Below, one piece after another: positions 55,622-64,000 of a stretch of DNA of 64,000 nt. Both the position numbers and the translations under genes were made by a program. The DNA is taken from positions 3,472,001-3,536,000 of the forward strand of contig NW_027142006.1 of NCBI RefSeq assembly GCF_036365525.1, read 5' to 3'. Position 1 is the stretch's first letter. The number at the start of each line of letters is the position of its first letter. Below the pieces are notes generated by a model, which made no database searches, was not told the origin of the DNA, and was given only the letters and a program-made list of their open reading frames with translations. Source of the DNA: Heterodontus francisci. Taxonomy: Eukaryota.

Positions 55622-56061
55622 TCACTCAGATCACTGCAGTACATGAGTAACAGAATCCTTCAGGATCCTTTGTATACAGACCCCCTGGACCTGGCTGAGA
55701 AAGGCAGAGTGAGAGCAGGGAGTGGAGGAGACAGAGTGAGGATTAAACAGAGAGCGAGAGGGAGGAGACACCCAGAGTGACAGACAGAGAGAGAACGGCC
55801 CCTCATCTTTCAGATCCACCTCCAGTTTCCTCCGGGCTGCCAATTTCAAACCCTTTATTAACAGTAGAACCGAAACCCAGCTCTCCACACAAACCCTTCC
55901 AGACTCGGCATTCGTAGTCAAAGCCTTCCAGAAAGCCGGAGCTTTTAAATATGGTCCCGCTACAATTAACACTCAGTAATGTTCCCACCGAAACACAATC
56001 CATTCGATACTAAGAAACCTCCTCAGTAACATCACCATTTCCACACACATCCGCTTCCAGC

Positions 56062-59000
56062 AGTTTACAAATACCTTATTACAGCTGTTTGGGGAATCTC
56101 CTGTGTTAAGATTGGAGTTGGAAAGCGGCCTTTACCCGGCAGTGTTATCGGCTCACAGTGAACCTGCCGACTGGTCGACTCAGCCATGGCCACAATTTCT
56201 ATTATGAAGATTGCACCTTCACAGTCTACATCGAAATCTTCATGCAGTAAATGTGACAGTGCGTCAGCGATAGCATTCTCCTTTGAACTACGATATTCAA
56301 TGTTACAGTCAAACAGTGAGAGAAGTACAGCCCACTGCAGCATCCTTGATACTGCCATTGTCAGTATTGTAGACTTTGGTCCCAGAATAGCTATTAGTGG
56401 TTTATGATCTGTTACTAGCGTAAAGTTTCCACCCAACAAAATCTGGTGAAACTTTTTGTTTCCAAAGATGATTCCAAACACTTCCTTTCCTATCTGTGTG
56501 TAGTTCCAGTCACTCTTGGTCAGGGTACGTGACACAAATGCTCTGGGCTTCTCCTGACCATGATCCACAACATGACTGATTACTGCTCCAACTCCATATT
56601 TTGAAGCTAGCTTCAGTTCACCATTTGTGTGGTAATGAATGTGTAGTGTGTCACTGGTCAAGCTTCTCTTACATGCATCATAAGCATCTTGTTGTGCTTT
56701 AGACCATTTCCATTTCACATCTTTCTTCAACAACTCATGTAGTGGAGCTAACACCATTGCATGCTCAGGCAGAAATTGCAAGTAGTATTGGACCATGCGT
56801 AGAAAAGATCTAAGCTCAGACACATCTTTTTGTCTTAGGGGCTTTGACCATAGCCTCTATCTTCTCTTTCACTGGCTGTAGTACATTTCATTGATTATCA
56901 GGCCAAGGTACACCACCTCAGATTGTACAAAGGCACACTTGTTCTTTTTCAACTGACACATTGTGATCATTGAGCCTTTTTAACACTTCATCCAACACTT
57001 GAAAATTCTCTTCATTTGTTACAGTCATGATCAACACATCATCCTGATTGCACAAGCAATGTAGCACTCCTTGTAAAATCTTACCCATTGTAACTTGGAA
57101 GAAGTTTGGAGAAGGCTTCACACCGTACGGCAGCTTTATGTAGGAGTATAACCCCATGTGTGTGTTTATTGTGAGATACTGCAGATTCACTTGATTCACA
57201 TTGAGCTGTGCATAAGCATGGAATAAATCCAACTTTGTGAATAGCTTGGATCCTGCTAAATCCGCATACAAATCTCGAGATCAGTAGTGGATACTTCTCA
57301 TAATCCACTGCCTGGTTCATTGTGACATTGTCGTCCCCACATAGACTGATGGTTTTGTCTGACTTGGGCACAATGACAATTGGGTTTGCCCAATCACAGT
57401 GATCAGTTTTCACCAGCACACCATATCTCTCCAGATTCTTTTGCTCCTCTTCAACCTGGGTTTTGGAAGCATAAGGAAGCAGCCAAACTTTGCAATGTAC
57501 TGGTTTGGTATCAGGCCTGATTCAGATGTGAGCTTTCACACTGATTATGCCTTCATAGCTGTCCTCGAAAGTGTTCCTGTAACAATTCAATGCCTGATCA
57601 AGCTCCTTGGTTGTTTCAACTTGAAAAAACATGCTTCCAGTCTAACTTCAGCTTTCAAAGCCAGTCTTTCCCCATTATTATTGGTTTGTTGACATATCTC
57701 ACTACCTTGTAGGGGAGAGGCTGGCATAGCAGTAATGTCACTGAACTAATAATCTCACGAATCAAACTAATGCCCTGGGGATATGAGTTTAAATCCCACC
57801 ATGGCAGCTGGTGGAATTCAGATTCAATTCATTAATGAATAATATAAAATCTGAGCAGTGGTGCCATGCAACTATAATTGATTTTCATTAAAAACCATCT
57901 GGTTCACTCATACCCTTCACAGAAGGCAATCTGCTGTGCTTACCTGGTCTGGCCTGTATGTGATGCTGGCCCACAACAATTTGGTTTACTCTCACCTGTC
58001 CTCTGAAATGACCTAACAAGCAATTCAGTTGTCAAGGGCAATTAGGAATGGGCAATAAATGCTGGCCTTGCCAGTGATGCCTACTTCCACTGACCTAATT
58101 TTTTAAACAATGGGTAACTTGAGGGGCCTGCCCTTATGTTGGATATTGCACTCCATTTGCCCACACATTTCTCACACTTCACCAGAGTAGGTTTTCAATT
58201 GACTGGTGCTCTCAGTTTGACGGACATCACTGACTTTGCTCCCATACATTTCTCTACTCATGATGGAGCAATCCATGGTCGTAGCAATGTACTGTTTATT
58301 TACCAACAACATTATACAAAAGTCTCCATCATTTGAGTGATTGCTAGTGGCATAAATGCTGTACAGCCCTTGCTCCTCTTTGGTTAGGCACTCTGGATTC
58401 ACTTCAAGATTGTGAACTCCACCCTCATAACATCACTGTTTTCCATTACCACTGGAATTAGTTCCCTTTCCTTCTTTGGCCTCTGCTTGACAATTAAAAC
58501 ATTTTGCATTTCTGTACTGACATGATTGGGCTGTGTGGTTGCCCTGATGGTGATAACGACACTAAACTGCTATCATTGGCACTCTTCTGGCTATGTCTGT
58601 CCACTTTAGACTTGGCTGAAACACTTTAACAGTGGACAGAAGCCTGTACTAGTTACCTGCATAGGACAAAAATCCCTAACATTCTTTGATGCCATCTCCA
58701 TGGAAACAGCAATCTTACACACAATCTCAAATGTAAGATTTTGTGTGTTTAGTAACTTCGATTGGATTCTTTTGTTCACAAATCCACACACAAATATGTC
58801 TCATAATGCCCGGTCTAAGAATGTGCCAAAGTTGCAACGTAATAAAAATTCTTCAGTGCCACAATATACTCACCAACTGCTTCACTACTTTTCTGATTTC
58901 TGGTTCCAAATTTATAGCATTCTGCTATCTCTAGTGGCTTAGGATTGAAATGTTCCTCCAACTTGGTGATTTTGTTTTGACTGGCACATATTTTGCTTTG

Positions 59001-59535
59001 TTCAGAGCAGGAAGCTTTGTTAGCATGTCATACACTTCCAGGCCAATTTCCACAAGCAAAATTGTTTTCTTTTGCTCAGGAACTGCCTTATTCTGAGTCT
59101 TGACCGCCTCACCTTCCAGTCCCAAAATATTCTTAACTCTAAAAACATTCCCATTCTTTCAATACAGGAACAGAATGTTGCTCAAACCCTCTCATTCGTT
59201 GCCATCTTTCAGCTGTATCCCATGAGTACAGCCAAATTTCCTCAATGAGCACGAAGACCGTGCGGTATCCTATTCAACTCAGGAGACAGTCTGAGGCTCA
59301 GGCTGTCCACAACCCATCTAAATTCTTCACTATCCGAGCAACTAAGTCACCAGGAACTGGCTGATCTTGTTTACTGCAGTCCCTGCTGTTGTTTTCTGCC
59401 CATATTTACAGACTTTATCTTCCCCTTGTTGCCATTTTCTCTATAATATTCAGGTGGGTCGAGCAGAAAAAATGGATACCAAATATGGCCAGTTCAAGGA
59501 AGTGTTTCTTCACGCCATTACGTCATCACGTCATG
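56062..59535 (-). mobile_element. Decayed Ty3/Gypsy LTR retrotransposon (gag-pro-RT-RNase H)
   Basis: WANPIVIVPKSD, FTKLDLFHAYAQ, TINTHMGLYSY, NQDDVLI, LRSFLRMVQYY, FTLVTDHKPL, IADALS, with gag remnants upstream. Confidence 0.9.
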
Positions 59536-62339
59536 TGTGAATCACGTTCTGATCACTCCTTCCAAATGTTTGTCTGAATAAGTGAAAAACCCCCCTCACA
59601 ATTAACAATGTCACCTTTCAGTGTTTTGTGGAGAAATTTCACGGCGTGACGTATGTCATTAATGTGTTCGTACAAATTTCAGAAAAATATGGAGTTGCAA
59701 ATGATTTGCCAGGAAATCGTCTAAACATATCTCCATGTCTCCCACTCACTCGCAAAGAACTGCAAACTCACAGATTCAGAAAGAACCCGGAGATGGAAAT
59801 CAATGTTCAGCACAGCTAGAAAGATCTGCACTAATCTGTAGCTCAAAAAACTGAAACACTGTATTTTGACCCTTTGACTTAGTTGGTCGAAGTACCTCTT
59901 TAATGAACAGATCAATCCTGGATTCAAATCCCCTTTCAGCCTGACTGTAACTTGGTTTTCCAACTACTTTATTGAGCAGCACAATAAGACAGGACAGTAA
60001 CAAAAGCAAAATACTGCAGATGCTGGAAATCTGAAATGAAAACAGAAAGTGCTGGAAATACTCAGCGGGTCTGGTGGCATCTGTGGACAGAGAAGCAGAG
60101 TTAACCTTTCAGGTCTGTGACATTTTATCAGAACTGCTGAAATGTTAACTCTGCTCCTCTCTGCACAGATGCTACCAGACCTGCTGAATATTTCCAGCAC
60201 TTTCTGTTTTTATTTAAAACAGGACTCGATCTGTCTTTGCTGAGCGAAGGATTTCGGAATGGATGTTTGACGATTGTCCCTTCTTGTACAGAAATTCACT
60301 GCAAATACTATAAAGGTACCTCAGTCAACCACACCTCCTTTGAGAGAAATTTGTTCATCATTGCATTTGATCTGGAAACCACTCTTGACATTAATCTCAC
60401 TGAATCAGAGGGTGACGGATTGTATCTGTCAGTGTGTTCACGTCACTATGTGCTGCTTTCTACTGAGTCTGGGACACGATGCAAGGTGGAGGATTTGTCC
60501 GAGTTTTGGATTATATTGTCAGTTGAGAATGATAAAAACTGAAAAGAAGCAAATAAGAAATCCTTGTCCCCAGATTTGAGAATCTGGAGATCCACTTTGG
60601 GAAAGTGAATCAGAACAGAATGAAGGATGAACTGTCTAATTGCCCAGAAGTGATGAAGACACAGCTCAGTCAGCACGTTCCCCTGGTTTATGATGCTGGA
60701 ACATTCCTCACACAGAAATTATTCAACTCAGTAAAAACATTCTTACAGCTGATAACTTTGCTACCAATTGAAGGACTGTCTAATGTGGTTATCAAGTCAG
60801 AGTGAAAAGTTTATTAAACTTGGTTCCATTCAATCCAGCTGTCATAAACTTTGAACCTTTATTCATTTTATAAACAGTATTTGAAGGGTCTCAGTAACAA
60901 TGTTCAGTGTTGATGAGAGTAGGGTCTGGGTGAGAAACTGCTGAGTGTGTCAGGGTCAGGACTGAATGCAGGAAGTTCTCTAACAGTCTCTCTCTCTCTT
61001 TCTCCCTGTCTATTGCTGAAGGGATTGAGTTCATTGACAACTGGCGGCTGCTGGTATTTGAATAAATGAAGTTCCTTCCAACCATTTTTTGATTGACAGC
61101 TACGAAGAACTTTTTTGTCCCAGGACACAAAAATGAACAGAAGTGGATCAGTGTAGGATGATTCTCGGTCTGTATAAAAGGGGTGTGATTTCAGCTGCCA
61201 TGGTCCAGTCGTTAAAGATTTCAACATTGAAATCCACTGGACTTATCCCAGTTTGGTTTAAGTCCTGCTCACAGAAGATCTATTCAGTGATTTCAATTAT
61301 TTTTAATCTTTAATCCTCTATTTCAACAAAACGCAGGCACTGAAATAACTCATACTCCTCACCATTGCTATCCATTATACAGGTAGTGGTTGCATGGTCT
61401 AATGGAGACACACTCGGAGGGGTTTGGGAGACGTTTCTTCTCGGGTTTTCGGGATCTTTTGGTCCACCAACAGCAACCGGATGTCTGCAGAGGAACTCGG
61501 AGTGCCAGGCCGCTCAGAGGACAGACTTCCCAGGATCAATTTTAATCAGGGGACAAAATATCAATGGAACAGAACATAAAAGGTCCGAGGATTGAAACTG
61601 AAATTCCTGATGTTTTGGAAGAAACCTGCAGATGTGGGACGTTAATATTTGCTCGGTGCAGATTCATTTTAGTTCGTTATTGTGTCCTGGGACAAACAAA
61701 TGGCTGGAAGCTGTCAATCCAAAAAATAAAAATCAGAAGATTCTGGCAATTTCCACCCTGACAGCTCTCAGCAGTCTTGGTTCCATCCCATCCAGTCCTA
61801 ATGACTTATCAACATGAAGTACAGCCAGCCGTTCCAGTATCTCCTATTTATTAGGAGTTATGTGCAAATGAATCCATTTGCAAATTATTGAAAGTGAGTG
61901 GTTTTATTGAAGAGGGTTTAAAGGAGGATGAGAGAATCGTGTGTGACAATGAAGTGGAATCAATGCAAGTAAAATTAGCAGGAACTGGAATGAAGGGGGT
62001 GGGGATCTCCTGGTCACATGGACTGATTGCAGAATTTTATAAAGATTTCTTTCATAGAGATTTTAACTCCATTTCATTTTTGTTATTTTTTTCATGGGAT
62101 GTAAGCATCGCTGGCAAGACCATCATTTATTGCCCATCCCTAATTGCCCTGGTTTTGGTGAGCTGCCTACTTGAACCACTGCAGTCCACATGTTATAGGT
62201 ACACACACAGTGCTATTAGGGAGGGAGTTCCGGGATTTTGATATGCCCTCGGCAAAATAGATCCAAGTCACGATGTTGTGTGGCTTGGAGGGGAGGTTGC
62301 TGGTTGCAGTGTTCCCATGTATCTGCTGCTATTGTCCTT

Positions 62340-63430
62340 CCAGGGAATCAGGGGGAAATCTCTCCGCTGGTTGGTGTCATACCTCGCACAAAAGAAGATG
62401 GTTGTGGTTGTTGGAGGTCAATCATCTGAGCTACAGGACATCACTGCAGGAGTTCCTCTGGGTAGTGTCCAAGGCCCAACCATCTTCAGCTGCTTCATCA
62501 ATGACCTTCCTTCAATCAGAAGGTCAGAAGTGGGGATTTTCGCTGATAATTGCACAATGTTCAGCAGCATTCATGACTGCTCAGACACTGAAGCAGTCTG
62601 TGTAGAAATGCAGCAAGACCTGGACAATATCCAGGCTTGGGCTGATAAGTGGCAAGTAACATTCATGCCACACAAGTGCCAGCAATAACCATCTCCAACA
62701 AGAGAGAATCTAACCATCTCCCCTTGACATTCAATGGCACTACCATCGCCGAATCCCCCACTATCAACATCCCAGGGGCTACCATTGACCAGAAATTGAA
62801 CTGGAGTCGCCAAAATAATAATGTGGCTACAAGAGCAGGTCAGAGGCTAGGAATCCTGCGGCAATTAACTCACCTCCTGACTCCACAAAGCCTGTCCACC
62901 ATCGACAAGTCACAAGTCAGGAGTGTGATGGAATACTGTCCACTTGCTAGATAGGTGCAGCTCCAACAACACTCAAGAAGCTCGATACCATCCAGGTCAA
63001 AACAGCCCACATGTTTGGCACCCTATCCACAATCATTCACTCCCTCCGCCACTGATGTACAGTGGCAGCAGTGTGCACCTTTTTAAAATTCATTCATGGG
63101 ATGTGGGCGTCGCTGGCTCGGCCAGCATTTATTGCCCATCTCTAACTGCCCTTGAGAAGGTGATGGTGAGCTGCTGTCTTGAACCACTGCAGTCCATGTG
63201 AGGTAGGTACACTCACAGTGCTGTTCGGAGGGGAGTTCCAGGATTTTGACCCAGTGACAGTGAAGGAACCGCGATATAGTTCCAAGTCAGGATAGTGTGT
63301 GACTTGGGGGGAACTTGCAGTTGGTGGCGTTTCCATGCATTTGCTGCCCTTGTCTTCTAGTTGGTAGAGGTTGCGGGTTTGGAAGGTGCTGTCGAAGGAC
63401 CCTTGGTGCGTTGCTGCAGTGCATCTTGTA
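62340..63430 (+). mobile_element. CR1/L2-type LINE 3' part (last ~350 bp inverted)
   Basis: GVPLGSVQGPTIFSCFINDL...IFADNCTM. Duplicate of 31346-32390. Confidence 0.85.
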
Positions 63431-64000
63431 AAAACAATGGTGGTAAAGGTCGGGTGTTTGGAAGGTGATGTCTAGGATGTTAGACGCTGCTGCCACTGTC
63501 CACCAGTGGTGGAGGGAGTGAATATTTAACGTGGTGGACGGGGTGTCGATCAAGTGAACTACTTTGTCCTGGATGGAGTCGAGCTTCCAGAGTGTTGTTG
63601 GAGCTGCATTCATCCAGGCAAGTGGAGAGTATTCCATTACACACCTAACTTGTGCCTTGTAGATGATGGACAGGGTTTGGTGAGTCAGAAGGTATGTTAC
63701 TCAGAGAATAACATAAAAGGCTTTGCTATGGATACCCGCATAGGTCCTAGTTATGCCTGTCTTTTTGTGGTGTATGTCAAACATTCCTTTCTCCAGTCCT
63801 ACTCAGGGCCCCACCCCCCAGCTCTTTTTCTGGTAGAATGATGACTGTGTCAGTGTCATTTCCTGCTCCTGCCCCGAACTGGAAAAATTCATCAACTTTG
63901 TTTCCAATTTCCACCATTCCCTCACCTTCACATGATCTATCTCCGACACTTCCCTTCCCTTTGTGACTTCTCTGTCTCCATCTCTGAGGATAAGGCTGTC

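Noticed and set aside
59600-60560. Faint resemblance to DDX60, SAMD9 or Schlafen-type proteins
   Set aside because: Only a few scattered residues match by eye, not enough to name without a search.

Overview
Eukaryotic, repeat-dense genomic DNA, most consistent with a cartilaginous fish (inference from V-domain tRNA-SINEs sharing a tail with CR1 LINEs, Deu-type SINEs and a shark-style ~46-bp satellite). It covers the edge of a replication-dependent histone locus with three full-length ORFs (H2B 52488-52865 +, H2A 53742-54131 +, H4 55301-55612 -), each with a 3' stem-loop, and three histone pseudogenes (H2A 22567-22956 +, H4 37773-38084 +, H2A 46147-46519 -). The main observation is that all three pseudogenes lost their start codon the same way: the poly(A) 3' end of one Tx1-clade non-LTR retrotransposon family sits at the ATG of the shared H2A/H4 sequence ATGTCTGG(A/C)AGAGG. 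This suggests a histone-start-codon-targeting retrotransposon. A large inverted duplication (30782-38487 vs 54901-64000+) preserves both the empty and filled state of the H4 site and shows a ~0.95 kb deletion at the filled site. The rest is CR1, Penelope, RTE and Gypsy elements, a solo LTR, Harbinger-like MITEs, SINEs, satellites and an old multi-kb macro-repeat. Most element boundaries are by-eye estimates.
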